From: the human T2T-CHM13v2.0 reference genome, Homo sapiens | Assembly (NCBI RefSeq): GCF_009914755.1 | Contig: NC_060926.1 | Length of the DNA stretch: 64,000 bases | Reading direction: 5' to 3' (one strand) | In this document: positions 30,781-45,682 of the stretch, one piece after another | How the letters are laid out: each line of letters opens with the position of its first letter | Position numbering within the stretch: position 1 is the first letter of the stretch | The notes under the pieces: generated by a model | The model's database searches: none | Seen by the model: only the letters and a program-made list of their open reading frames with translations | Told to the model about the DNA's origin: nothing | Program-made: the position numbers and the translations under genes

Positions 30781-33700
30781 CATATTTGATTTTGAATCTT
30801 AGGTTACAGCACACAGCTTGTATAGTTGTGAACCTAATAAGTGCTTACAGAGTAAGCACAAATAGATATATACATTTGCAGAAATATACATTCCATGTGG
30901 AGAAGGAACACTAATTATTATTAATAAATTAATTTGTAAATCTGCAATATTATGCATTTGTTAAATCATCTGTCTAACTATAATTGAAGGTGAACCTTTG
31001 ACTAATTTTAGAAGACCCAATGGTCTAAGCTAAAACACTTTTAATATTCAGATTTTTATAAATCTGCACACCAGTGATTCCTTAGATGTATTTGAAAACA
31101 GAATAAATGTTATAAACAAAACAAAAAGATGGTGGACAAATCCTAGGACAGCCTACCACTCAAATGTCATTGCTTCAATATCAGTGCATCCCTTAGTAGG
31201 AAGAGAAAATAATTCCTTTACCTTTCTGCCTTTTTTAGTTTATATCTCATCGCATCTTTGTCTTGTTTTCTCTTGTCCAGCTTTAGGCACATTACACATA
31301 ATTTTCTTGTCCCATTAACTAATTTCTGCCAGGTTTGTCTTGTGGGAAAAAATATACTGCGCTCAAATCTTAGTGGTTTTTTTAAATTGTTTACTTTAGG
31401 TTTTATAGTTTAGGTCTCTTACTACAAGAAGTAGTATGTTAGAAGAAAATTATGATTCCCCATTCCTGATTTTATCTTCCATGTAGAGGAAGACTTTCTC
31501 TCTATCCTTTTCCTCACTTTACCCCAGATGCAGGCACTTCATTTGAGGATTAAAGTCAGCCTACTCTAATAGGTTCCAAGCCTATTCCTCTTGGAAACTT
31601 TTTTTCCTTTAAGGAGAAACACAGACTATCTCTACCTCCTGTGGCTGACTTTTCTCTACCAACTTTATTCTGGCTGGGCCCAGGTGAGTAATTCAACCTA
31701 AATTCAATGGTGACTAGGTAGGTTCAAATAACTGACTCTAAATAAGGGGCTCTTATCTGATCTTCTAGTAAACAAGGTGTTACTTTGACTTCCTCTGCCA
31801 TTCCTTTATTTCTCTATTAGCTTTAAGAACTCTGTTGCATGAGAGGGGTGATACTTATTGGATACATCCTTAGACTCCAACACAACAGAATGTGACTGAT
31901 ATTGTACATTTTTAGCTCTAATAAAGTTTGGTGACAGAACCATCCCAACTGATCTTCTATAACTCCTCTAAACAGTATATTGTGGGTTACTTGTTAAGAA
32001 TGGGCTGCTTTACAGAAAAGGAAGATAAAGAGAAGGATGTCAGTGTCAAGACACATCCAAGTACTAGTGTGAAGCAAATCTACCCAGTTTCTAAATAAAA
32101 CTAACTTTATTATGGCATTGTCAGATGTTCTTCTTCTTGGTATCTATAGCTGAGAAATTCTCATTATTATCAAGATGCAAATGAGATAAAAGTCCCTGAG
32201 GAGAAGCTGTACTTCCAGGCCTTCTTCAGGATTCCTAGAACTATAATATCCCACAAACAGAGTTTTCCATAGTATATTCCCAGAAAGTTTAATATGGATC
32301 ACATGAAAGTAGTTGGAATACTGGGTTATACAGTATAAATCAGGCTTATCTTTTACAAACTATTATTATATAACTGAATGCTGTAAATCTCTGAGGGATG
32401 AAGATGGTATGCACTGTTCCTGTTCACTTTAGAAGTTTCCTCCTAAGAGATTTGTTTCACTTGTAATTACCAGGAATTAAGAGAGTGGCTAACTGACTTG
32501 CTGTTTCCAGCAGGAACACATGGCATATATATAACTTTCACTGGAGTGACTTCAGAGCCAGGGTGTCGATCTTGGCTTTACCTAGCTAGGAGTACTATTT
32601 TATCAGTTTTCCCAGGAATGGTCAGGCTCTAGAGGACTCATTAATGCTAAATAAGCTTACAGGAAACAGATTTATAAACCAGAATGCCAATTTATTCACT
32701 TACACAGAACAACACGCTGCACTATGTAACAGAATACTTGCATCAGCTGGCAAGTACATGCTCCTTGCCAGTTTAAAAAAAAAAAAAGTCTTCTTGGGAA
32801 ATCAAAATAAGGTCAAATGGTTTTTGTGGTGAGTCAAGAGGTGAAACAAAGGGAGTTGGATGATATTAGGGAATATTGTGTTCATGTAGTGGTAGATGAT
32901 GCCGCCTTCTGCATTTCAGGTTTATACCTGCCAAAAAGTGAAGAGCAGTATCACCAAACCGGCTGACTACCCTTTGAGTTATTGCTAAATAAGCATGGAC
33001 AGATTTTAGTATTTACTTAAAAAAAGAAACAATGTTTCTTATCACTTAACATAAGATTCTGTTATTTCAATATAATGGTTATTTCACACAATTAATTACT
33101 TTCTAGCTTATCTATCATTACTTACATTCTTGATTACTGTCTCCCTTATAAAATGTTGGAAAGAAAATTTCATGGCTCTCTTGTTGAATTTTAGAAGACA
33201 TATTCATCTTACGAAGACATGCAAAGTCACTTCTCAGGGAGGGTGCTTCTACAAATGGCTAATCTCATTTGTGTTGTGTTGAATGAGATCAGCTTCAATA
33301 CTCAATGTAATGAGTATTGAAGGGTTCTTTCTACCTAAGAAGCATGATATCAAATACACACTACATAACTAAAATATTTTCTTTATTCCTGCTGTTGAGA
33401 TTTTACACCACAAATGTTTTATTTCTTTTTAAAGGGAGCACAGCTGAGGTATACACAATTGCAAACTCAGGCCTGTTTGAAAGATGGTCATATTCAATAT
33501 AGGACATACTTATAAGGTGTCTTATATGTCCTGGCATTGCGGTTGGCATGGTGACTTAAAGGCGAATACAATTCAGAATGCAATTTCAAGGCTACATTGA
33601 ATGTATTAAGTATGGATCAGAACTTATTCTAAGGTCGAACAAATGACGATATAGTCTATTACCCACTCATTTCAGAGGGTACGAGAAATAAATTGGTTTA

Positions 33701-33899
33701 CTTTAAAAAATTTTTCCTCGTGACTGGTTGATTCTTCACTTCCTACCATTAATATCTTATCACTTGATAGTACAGTGTACTTTATCTTGAATGCAACTTT
33801 TCCTGAAAGAATTTACCCTGCTATGGGCTATGTGAAAGCTGAAACCAAGATAATAGAAAGTGAGATCCTTAACTCCGCAGGACACTGGCTGGAAAAACA

Positions 33900-34060
33900 C
33901 TGCACTAAAAGTCATGAAACAGAGTATTTTCTGAACCTAGCTCTCTGTCATGTCACCTTGGATGAGTCATTTATCCTGTGTGGATTTCAATTTCCTTATC
34001 TTATTAGGATGATTATAAACTCAAATGACCATTGCTGGAGGGTAGATATCCAAGTGATTG
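33900..34060 (+). mobile_element. MIR fragment
   Basis: tgtcaccttggatgagtcatttatcctgtgtggatttcaatttccttatc. Confidence 0.55.
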
Positions 34061-34246
34061 AACTGGGCTGAAGTTAAGAGATTAAAAAGTTATGGGGGGA
34101 TCTCGCTTATTAAAGAAGCGAAGATAAACCTAGAGGCCTAACAAATTTGTCTGTGGTTGACTTAGTTGTAACACTGATCTGGTATCATATTTAGTAACAT
34201 TTTCTATACTCCTGGGAGTAGGTTGGTAGATTAAGCATAATGATGG

Positions 34247-34749
34247 TGTGATGGTTAATTTTATGTACGAACTTGATTGGTCATAGTGTACCCAGATTAA
34301 ACACTATTTCTGGATGTGTTTGGGAGAGTGTTTCTGGATAAGATTAACATGTGAATTTGTGTAGTGTACCCAGATTAAACATTTTTTCTGGGTATGTCTT
34401 GAAGAGTTTTTCTGGATAATATTAATGTTTAAATTTGTGGGCTCATTACAATAGATTGCCCTCCCCAATGTGGGTGGGCATCATCCAATCAATTGAGGGC
34501 CTGAATAGAATAAAAAGTGGAAGGAAGAACTTGATTGTTTTTTTCTGCCTCACTGGTTGAGGTGGGGTGTATCATCTCGTCTTCTCCAGCCCTCAGAGTG
34601 GAATTCACACCATCAAGTCACCTGGGTCTCAGACCTTCCAATTCCAACTGAATCATACAACTGGCTTTCCTGGTTCTCCATCTTGCAGGAAGCAGATTGT
34701 GAGACTTCTAGCCTCTGTAATCACAAAAACTAATTTCTCATAATAAATC

Positions 34750-34780
<31 letters not shown>

Positions 34781-34817
34781 CCTGGTTCTGTTTCTCTGAA
34801 GAAACCTGACTAATAAA
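34247..34817 (+). mobile_element. MLT2 (B4/D-like) ERVL solo LTR with an internal 78-bp duplication
   Basis: Starts tgtgatggttaattttatg; agattgccctccccaatgtgggtgggcatcatccaatc; ends ggttctgtttctctgaagaaacctgactaata. Confidence 0.85.
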
Positions 34818-37800
34818 AATGAGTATTCTATATGTTTTAGGACCTTTTCCAATATTACATGGTAAAATTGTGAGAGAACTGAGAAAGGATCGGAGAACAC
34901 AAAGCCAGAGAAGTTTAGATCTCAGGATGCTTTAGAGGTCAGAAAGTATTTTGCCTTACTTTGTAGAAGGGAGAACTAAGGCCTAGAGTAAATTACTCAC
35001 TAATTTAGGTTTCTTAATTTTGGTCTGGGTGAAGACCAACAGCCTGGACTCCTACTGGGTCTCTTTTTCCAACACTCTGATGTCTCCTGTAAGACACAGA
35101 TGTAGAGAATTTTAGGAAATCTAACGATTGTCTAGTTCAACCCCTTAATTTTTTTATGTTACAGCTGCCAATCACCCAGCAACAGAGCTGTAACTACAAC
35201 CAAAGTCTACTCGGAAGCAGCAGGTATTTATATTTCACATATTTGATACATTTTTTTACTTTATGTAACAAATGATACAAATGAAAGCAATAGTCATGAA
35301 ATCTAAATATTCTGAACTGTAATTTTAAACATGTTCCACATGTAATATAAACTCCCAATTATGAAATATTGTGTTTAGTATGTCCAAACATTCAAGATGT
35401 GGGATGAAGACTTTAATCTTGTTTCTTCTATTCAAATTCTGTTTCTGCCACTGAGAAGTAATCATTAGAAGAGAGCATGCTTGTGTTATTATACAATTTC
35501 ATTTCTTAATAAACACACATTTATTTCTCTATATGTAAAAGCATATTATGTCAACCGTATACTTCTCTTAATTCTGCTGGTAGAATATACTTCAAAATTC
35601 TCATAAGTTTACTGGTTTTGAGAACAACACTAATTCTTGTATGCTGTGTAAGCCATTGCTATTTCAAGCTTTTTCCATTGGTGTCTCTATTTTTTGACAA
35701 GTGTGCAATTTTATCATTGTAAAATGTGTAAAATTATTTCATGAAATCTTGTATAACTGCAAGTTGTTCAGAATAGGAGATAATAAGCTTTTCTTCATCA
35801 TAATGGAAAGGTTCTGAGATCATGGAGATAACTATCAATATTCATATTTATCATGGAATTGTTTACCTTTGAGAGGCTACCCATATTTTTTTCATAAGGA
35901 TATAACTGCTAAAAATATAATAGAAAAGGACAGTGATTTGCTACTGGTGAGTACTTCTGAAAGGTAATATGAAGTCCAGATGGTCATGCACCTGTGGACA
36001 TAAAACAACTAAGCAAACAAGCTCCCGAGTAGTCAATATAGTCATTTTACTTAAGTAAATAAACAAGTCCTATAAAGTCTATCTCAAAATGTAACATTTG
36101 CCTTTACTTGTGTATTTTCAGCCTAGATACAGGGGTTAAATTGTTAATGCTTTACTTTCACTTCCTTAAATTTTTTTTTTTAATCAAACTTTGCTTTTTC
36201 TCTCCCTGGGGAACAACAAATGGACAGCTTTCCTCTCTTGTACTCCTCCTTCCATTACCATCACAGCAGAATGCATCTGAGACTGTAATAATTCAGTGAT
36301 GAAATACAAAATGTCGCAATGCCATCTCTCTTAAAGTGAACTGAGATTTTGTTATGCCATTTTAGGTGCACTAATAGCAACTCAAGTCCCATGGAGTATC
36401 CTAATGTGAATTTAATGAGCTGATAGCATATAAATGACAGTACTGTGAGGGTGAAGGTGACATAACCTTTTTCTTCCTATTTGATGTTTGTCTTTGAAAA
36501 ACTACAGATCTGTTCAAAATGCACTGCATTATTACTAAGTGGCACATCACTCACCAAAGAAGCTACTATTGTTTTAGCATTTAAGAACATTTTTTTTCTC
36601 TTACTGGAACAAGCACCAAGAGCAATTTTTTAATCATTAGGATAATAAAAACATGAATAGTCTTTTCTCTGAACAAACACAAATTATGTAGCGTTCTGGT
36701 GTCTATTTCGCCATGGGCTGATGGTCTCCAGTGACAAATATTTACTCATATGCCCCATATCTTTGAACATCACAGTCAGCAATGTAGCACTACTAAATTG
36801 GACTTTAAAATAGCAAAACTATCCTTCCTTATATGAGGTATTATTTGAGGATGTTATCAACATAGTACTTAGGGAAACTTTGCCAATTACAATTGATTCC
36901 TCCGTTTAGTTCAGTCTTTCAGAATGGTGCATTGTTTGTGAAAATCCAGGTAACCAAGTTAAATTGAAAGTACCATGATTTATCCCAGGAACATACTGCA
37001 AATGGAACAAGGGGAAAGAGTTAGCAAATTTTTAAACATAGAAGAAAAGAAAAATAACTGAATATCTCTGATGGTGATCAGTAAGCATGAATATAGAAAT
37101 ACTTTGTAAAAGTTCAGTGGAATTTATATTCTAGAAGTACTTCATATATATCAGAGCATGCTGGAGGGTTTTGAGATAGAATGTGGGTCAAAGATTGACA
37201 AAACATGGGTACTAATGAAAGGCCTGTATACCCATGTGCCTCTAGACTGAGCATCTTTGATATTCCTCTCATTTAAAAAGAAAACATAAACCTCAAATTT
37301 TTTTACAACTCTTTGAAATTTTTAAGTGCATCTCCTTAATTTACCAATGAAGAAAATGGGATCAAAGGGATTTCATTATTTTCTGAAGTCTCAAGACTAT
37401 TTTAAACAACAGAGCCAAGCAAGATTAGAACACTCATCCTTTGCTTCTCTGTTCATTTTTCATGGCTCCTTCAAGACATGATAAATACATGAAATATACG
37501 TGACTTTTAGTATTTGTCATTCATGCAGGTCTAAATAACTAACATGGAATCTGATATGAATTGAAGTTGACATGATAACTATGAGGTTAAACATCTTTTA
37601 GCAAAATCTATCACAACTCAAGAAGTCTTATGCAATTAGCTCTCCAAACAAAAATATACCATGGATTGTGTTTTATGAATATAAAAATTAAGCAGCTTAA
37701 GAGTCCCGAAAGTTTGGATTTTGGCAAAGTTCAAAAATCTTTTGGTTGCCAGGTGACAAAGCAAAACATATCACATATGCCTAACAACCAACATGTACAT

Positions 37801-39129
37801 ATTTTGTCTTTCCAAGGTTTCTAGGGCTGGTCAGGCATAGTAATGCATTACTGCTGAAGGAGCTTCCAGCACGGACAAATGTTTATCTGCTTCAAAAAGC
37901 ATTTTCTTAATCCTTAACAAAAACAGCCCAATATTTCTCATCGTTTAATGATTGAGTAAAGGTTGATGCTACCCAATAGAGATTGCGTTCCACTTTATAT
38001 TTGTACTGTCTCAAGAACAGTGTTTGTTAAATGAGAATCGCTAATGATAACATGGTTGGAAATAATTAAATATATGGAAGTATTTTTTTTTAATTCCCCC
38101 ACCATGGACTGTAAAAGCATTGTAATGTTGGGTATATCTATTGCCATTAAAATGTCAAATTATTTCTGTTACTTTTAGGAATAATATTAAAGCCTGAGTA
38201 TTATATTGCACTTTACATATATTTTAAATGTATTTTCTAAACTTAAAAAATCTCTTTGAGGCAAAAGACCAGTCAAAACATCTTTTATTATATTTAATGC
38301 TTGGCAAAAATAGAAAGGTAGAATGATGTATTATTCATAGACAAATTCCAAAGAGAATATTAATTACAAAATAAATCTATGCTTACTGAAGAACAATTAT
38401 AACCTCTGCTCACTTAAAAGTCAACAGCTGATTTATTGGTTACTCACGGCAGTGCAATTTTAGGAAATGTGAAACAAAAGTTGTATTTGACTTTTTAAAA
38501 GCACCTATAGGTTTAAATTTCTATTTTTTAATATTTAGAGTAAAATGGAATTAAAATGTAGTAATACAAAGAAAAGAGTAACCATTATGAAAGATTTGAA
38601 AAAAGAGCAACACTGGCCTTTTCTTGAGTCTTTTCTTTTTCTTACAATCATTTTAAACTGTTTTCTGTAGACACAACATTTTTCTTATGGGCCCTAGCAC
38701 ATTTCTAGGTTCATTCTACACTCAATATGAAAAATTATCTTTAATAATTTTATAGGAAAATATCTAAACAACACTATGTTGATCTCAAAAAAGAGATTAT
38801 TAAGTGTTAAACTTTGTAAGAGTAAGCATTCTGTTAATCCCTAATAGTAATGCTGAGTATTTTACAACAGATTAATGCCCTGGAAAGTATGAATCAAACT
38901 ACTGGTATTCATTAAAATCCATGTAAAGTTGGTTCTCCAGGAGATTTTCCTGATAATTTGGACCAAATGGACTGTCATGGTGCTTTGTTAGATAGATTTT
39001 ATTTAAATACTTTGAACAAATGCTTATTTTGTTTTCAGAATAAAACAAATAATATGTGCAAAATCCAAATAATAGAGACATATATTCTAAAAGATAAATG
39101 TCTACCATAAGTCTACCACATGAAAAGAC

Positions 39130-39950
39130 CCTTTGTCAACAAGTGCATACATATTCTTTCAATTTTTATTTTTTCTGTATACGTTAATAATTTTCTAATT
39201 TTTATGTGAAATGAGACTATACTTTTCATATTGTTCTTCAATACACTTTTCTTCACATAGCAATGTATTCACTATATCTGGCTTATTTCTTAAGATAAGC
39301 TTAAGAAATTCATATATCTACATATATGCATGTATCATATATATATGATGAATTACTTTAATCAGCCTCATTGATGAACACGAGTATTTAAAAATTGGTA
39401 ATATTGCACATAAAAATGCAATAAACTTTTATACATACATATATTGTGGAGGCATTTTTATAGAATAAATTCCTGGAAGTAGCAATGCTGGGTCAAAGGA
39501 TATGTAGAGATTCAATTTTAGGATTTATTGTCAAGTTTCTCACCAAAAGAGTTGTAATCACTTGTTCTCCAAGTGACAATATATGAAAGCGACTACAATT
39601 ACATCAACTCTGGATATTTTCAAACTTTAAAATATTGTTAATCTGAAGTTTGTTAAAAAAACAGCTTTTAAAAATGTTCAATTACTTGTTTATTACTGAA
39701 ATGAGTTACTTTTCACCTGTGCCTTGTCTGTTTGTAATATTTTTCAGTGAATTCCTATTAGTATTATGCAAATTAGATTTTTTGTTGGTCTGTAGTAGTT
39801 CTTTATATAAAATGGCTGTATGAGTCTGGCAATTACATATAAAGCAAACATTTCATCCCAGTATATCATTTGCCTTGTAACTTATTTTATGAGTTGAAAA
39901 TTTCCAAAATTTTTGTTTAGTCAAATGTATCAATTTTTTATCAGATTATA
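39130..39950 (-). mobile_element. L1ME-type fragment
   Basis: ataaattcctggaagtagcaatgctgggtcaaagg and other antisense L1 3' motifs; boundaries approximate. Confidence 0.6.
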
Positions 39951-42900
39951 TTTTTATTCTATTTGACATATCCTAACAATTTCTAAGTAACGGGGGTTTC
40001 AGCAAAAATTCAAGTGAGGACTATCATAGATCACGACCAAAATCTCAAGTGGCTGAGATGAGTATGTGTTATAGCTAACATTTCTTATATTTTAATGGGG
40101 TGGATCTCTGTTAATGTTGTACTTCTTTAACTTAAATTGTCACAAAAATAAAATAAACCTTTGTTTTCAAGAGTCTGACGGCAACACACTCAGTGAGGCT
40201 GGCTGACATTATTGATCACAGAGAAAATTTCTGTGAGGAACAAAGGCAGCCCCTTGTGCTTTTAACTGGATATGTATTCTGGGTACTGCAAGGTGGGGTT
40301 TTGTTTGTTTGTTTTAGTGTTAGCTAAGTGGAAATCCTAGTTATGATTTCACCAAATGGCCTGTGGACAGTCGTCTGATACCTGACCTAGTGCCGACGGC
40401 TATAGATTTATTTCTTAAAAACACCTGTGCTGTTCTGCAGGAAGATTCTGTTGCCTTTCCAAATCCCATAGAATCCCAGGCAACTTTCAAAGTAGCTCAG
40501 GACTCTGAGGAAGATAGGGAATAAAGCTTGGTGGTTCTCAATTCAAAAGAGATAGATTTTTATTTAATTTTAGAACCTGTGGTTGAAGCAGGGTACAAAG
40601 CCTAAGAAAAAAATAGTTTCCCTGTTTTAGACTGGAAATAGAATGTCAAGAAGTGCAAGAAAAGCCCTTTCCCACTGCAACGAAGTATAAAAATGTTTTA
40701 CCTCTTTTCACATCTTCAAAACTATGTATTAAGTATCTACATTATTCAAGGGTTTATGTCAGGCATTGTATAAAATACAAAGAATGCAATAAGTAAGGAT
40801 TATTACTATTAGTAGTATTTTTTCAAGGAGATTCTTATACAACTAAACAAATGGGCAAAAATAAAATAAAAAACCAAAAGGAGGAGGTCATATAAAAAGA
40901 AGAGAGATAAAGTTTGATAGAAGCTTTTAGGAAGAAAGGCTTATTCTTATTTGTAAACATCAAACTCTTGTGTGAAAGAAGTGACCATTTCACTAAGCCT
41001 TGATGAATAAGAGATTGTTAAGTGTGAAAATATATGAGAAACAGAATCTCACGGAGAAGAAAGGATTTGAGTTAAAATTAAAAAAAAAACAAAAACAAAA
41101 ACTGCTCAGAGCCAAACTCCTTTGACCTCAGACAAAACAGCATCAATAGTTAAAAGTTTCTCACCATCAGAGTTGACACAATGTCCTAACATCATTGGAT
41201 TGTTCTTATCTCTTCATTCATATATATATACACATATATATATTTTATATATATATAAAATTTATAAAAGTTTACATGAATATAGATAAATGTAGGTATA
41301 TGTTTTTATAAATACATTGAGATAAATATTTATTTATGTAAATGTACATGTACTCATATTTTTTCAACTCTTGGCTACAACCATGTGTACAAAAGTATTT
41401 GAGTAAATTTCTGAAATATGAATGAGAGCTAAACCAGTTGACTTTTATCTGTGATGCCCAGAGTTTGAATTTTTCTTGTGTTAAGGGCTGTTCTTATCAT
41501 GCAAATAAGATGTCTGATAAATGACAGGCTATAAGACTTTACATTTTTTCATATATGCTTTTATCATATATGCTATTAATTTAGAGGCTTTATGATCCCT
41601 TCTGATGCAAATGTTTGGATAAGGGTTGGATTAGATTATGAGGGTAAAAAGGATCCACAGCCTTTGATTTTCTGCTTGTAGATCTGGATGAAAGCATGTA
41701 TAAAAATCAGCACTATTTTTGCTTCTGGGTTCTGATAGGCCTAATATAGCAGAATCCTCACAAGGATAGCCTGAAACACAGAAAAAAAATCAATCAAATA
41801 TTTCTGCATATGTTCTTTAAAGTACTGTGTAGGAAAGATTGTCATTTTTATCTGATAGCTGCAAGCAGCGGCCCTTCCAAGGACTGTGACCTGGAGCCTA
41901 AACAGAGTATATGAAGCTGATTCTTCTAAACAACCAAGTGATGTGCACCATCAGTTTAACATTCACAAGGTGCACAGATTATCTCTGAGAAAAATGTGTG
42001 TATCAGAAAATGGGCATGGTTTGTCAGTATAAACCCCATGTGTACAATAGGAGTCAAGGTGACAGACATCAATGGAGAGTATGTTTTCTGTTTGCCTCCA
42101 ATCAAGGCCTGTCCTTCTCTGTGGTCCAGTATCTGTGACCATGTCTTAGGCGCCGTGAATAAGTAGACAGCATCATCCTACTAAAATGACTCATTCTGAT
42201 CGATTGTGTCAATGAAATAAATGGGAGACAACCTTATGAAGCTCACTTCTTTGTCCCAGAGGCCAGGTGCGTGTAGTCAGGGATATGGTTTAAATGACTT
42301 TTCAATGAGTTTTTAAGCCGGATTATTCTGTCTTTCAAATATGTAGCAATCACTATCCCACAAGAGCTAGATGGAAAGAATCTCATTCCTTAAAATCAGA
42401 ATATGCCAAATATCATTGGCACTAACATGAATTAACATTCATTTTACCTTAAAAGGAGAAACGCTAAGAGGAATGCAAATGGCTTAGATAAAAAGAACAA
42501 ATCTCATGTGGTTTTCTCAAGAGGGAGACAGATTGGGAAACCCTCAAGAAAACAAAACTTGAGCCATAGAAGCAAATGGTCACTGCAGCAAAACTCAATA
42601 AATTCAAGCATTGTGTATACAAGCGGATTGAGTGGCTTTGGAAACCACACCTCCATCAGTTTATACACATGGATCTGGTCCTGCTGTTACCAGTCAGATT
42701 TTAAGCTTTGATTTATGCAGCTTTTGGTATTTGAGGTTTTACTTGACTTTGGATCCATCTTTTTTTTCTTTTTTCTTTTTATTTGTTTGCAGTGACAGTA
42801 TTGTGTCCAAAAATACACATCAGAATTTTATTTATATGTACATGTAATGTCATTTTATAAATCTTACATATTTAGTATAACCTGGATGTTCTGAACCAGT

Positions 42901-43129
42901 GTTAGGCAGAGCTTTGTAGCTGAAACAATATGTAAGTCTGTGTAACCTGCAATTATAAAAAATATATAGTTACAGGAAAGAAGTTTTTTTTTTTTTCAGT
43001 CTCTTCTGGGAACTCTATATAACTTGTTTATTTACCCCACATTTGATTTATAACACATTAAATGAATTGTCATCATTCCTCAAAATGAAATTATTTCCAC
43101 AGGTCACAGATCTAAAATATGCCATAAGA

Positions 43130-43310
43130 AGTTCAAGTTATAAGGGACTAAGTCCTTCAGTATTGTCCAAGTCTTTCAGTTAACAGACGAAAGAATCAAC
43201 ATCAGAGAGGTTGGTTAAGTGGTTTGCAAAAAATAGTATAATTTGTTAATTCTCAAGCTGAATTTACTGACTCTTATCTTCTGGCCTCTAATCCAGGTTT
43301 CTTTTCTCTA
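43130..43310 (-). mobile_element. MIR fragment
   Basis: acagacgaaagaatcaacatcagagaggttggttaagtggtttgc. Confidence 0.45.
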
Positions 43311-44102
43311 CAGTGTATGTCATGCCAAAGAACCTCAATGTTCTAAATTTAATACTTCCCTTACGTTGAGGATAATAAATTAATCATCAAGGAGCCTGGA
43401 GTACCTAATGAGCTGGTTTCTGTGGGACAGGATTGAATCTATTAATTCTACGTTATGTTTTTACCAGCCCCCTCACAATAGTCATTCATCTTAAACACCA
43501 AACCAAACAAAACAAGAGGGGGAAGAAGAAGAGGAGGGAGAGATAAAATTTTAGTTTTCCAATGGACCAGGTGCTTGAAAAGATCACAGTGGAAAATATA
43601 TATCCCCTTGTGACATTATGAAATTAGGGCAATGGTTGATTTGGGATTTGGGACTGAAATAACGGTACTGAAAACATTTTTAAATTTATTATTTTAATTT
43701 TGCATTACAGTATACTGTATCACCTTAATAGGAGATGCTTTATATTTAGGTGACAGTTGGATAATAGCTACCTTTGTAATGGATGATATTGCAGGACCAA
43801 TCAAGGTCACGGTTTGCCCAGGAACCAAGATCATATGCATATGATCAGTTAAGTTCTTGAATGTCAATGAATTTCTTTTTAGATGACATGGAAGATCTTT
43901 TAACATTTTTGAATTGTGACACTGGAAATATATTTTGATTTTGAAGTAAGATAATGATGCGTATGCATACATTCTGGTCTTCAAAGCAAATACATACTTA
44001 ACTACTTAATATGTCTTTACAGGTATAATTTTCATTAAATTCCATTTTCTACATTATGGGATAAAATATTCAAATGCTGAGAGAAACAGGCTAAGTCTGT
44101 CA

Positions 44103-44288
44103 CTGGTGGTTTTCAGTACTAGCTGCTTATTAGAATTGTTCTGGGAGCTTTAAAAAGTATTGATGCTTGGGGGCCACCCTCAAAGATTTTGAATTAATTA
44201 GTCTGGGGTGTTGCTTGGGTACTAGCAAATAATAATAATAAAAAAATCCCAGGAGATTGTAATTATAGACAAGGTTAAGAACTGCTGT
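44103..44288. mobile_element. MER5 (5A/5B) hAT-Charlie MITE
   Basis: Inverted ends gtggttttca ... ttaagaactgctg; internal ttagaatt..ctgggagctttaaaaa and ttaattagtctggggtg. Confidence 0.7.
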
Positions 44289-44421
44289 CATAGATGTTAT
44301 CATGGCCATGTCTTTAGTGTTATCTGTCCCCATCTGCTCCTGCCCAATTGACCTGGAGCTATGGAAGCATCTACAATCAGGTTCTGTGGGGGCGTCCTCT
44401 CCACCTTAAGAGAAACTCATG

Positions 44422-44745
44422 GGCCAGGAGCAGTGTCTCACACCTGTAATTACAACACTTTGGGAGGCTGAGGTGGGAGAATTGCTTGAGCCAAGGAGTT
44501 TGAGACCAGCCTGGGCAACATAGCAAGACTTTATCCATACAAAAATAATAAAATAATAAATAATAAATTTAGCTGGGCATGGTGGCCTGCACTTGTATTC
44601 CCAGCTACTCATCAGGAGGCTGAGGTGGGAGGATCACTTGAGCCTGGGAAGTCAAGGCTGCAGTGAGTCGTGGTCAAGCCACTGACTCCAGCCTGGGTGA
44701 CAGAATGAGACCCTGTCTCGAGAAAAAAAAGAGAGAGAAAGAGAG
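44422..44745 (+). mobile_element. AluJ
   Basis: ttgcttgagccaaggagtttgagaccagcctgggcaacatagcaagac; ggatcacttgagcctgggaagtcaaggctgcag. Confidence 0.92.
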
Positions 44746-45213
44746 AAACTGAAGGGCAGTTTACTAAAAAGGTAAGTGGGATCTTGTAAAGAGAGGGCTG
44801 AAATTCTTTCCTTTTCTGAATATTCCCAGAAGTAACAGAAATGTCAGAGGTGTTTGAACCAGAGTAACTCCATCTTGAATAGGGGGTGGGTAAAATAAGG
44901 CTGAGACCTGCTGGGCGGCATTCCCAGTAAGTTAGGCATTCTAAGTCACAGAATGAGATAGGAGGTCAGCAGAAGATACAGGTCATAAAGACCTTGCTGA
45001 TAAAACAGGTTGCAGTAAAGAAGCTGGCCAAATCCCACCAAAACCAAGATGGCAAGGAGAGTGACCGCTGGTTGTGCTCACTGTTCATTATATGCTAATT
45101 ATAATGCATTAGCATGCTAAGTGACACTCTTACCAGTGCCATGACAGTTTACAGATGTCATGGCAATGTCAGGAAGTTACCTTATATGGTCTAAAAAGGA
45201 GAGAAACCCTCAG

Positions 45214-45243
45214 TTCCAGGAATTGTCCACCCATTTCCTGGAA
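45214..45243. promoter_or_regulatory. Tandem GAS-type (TTCN3GAA) STAT motifs inside MER41B
   Basis: TTCCAGGAA (45214-45222) and TTCCTGGAA (45235-45243); binding is not demonstrated. Confidence 0.55.
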
Positions 45244-45340
45244 AACTCATGAATAATACACCCCTTATTTAGCATATAGTCAAGAAATAACCGTAAAAAA
45301 ATGGACAATCAGCAGCCCTCCTGCTCTGCCTATGGAATAG

Positions 45341-45682
<342 letters not shown>

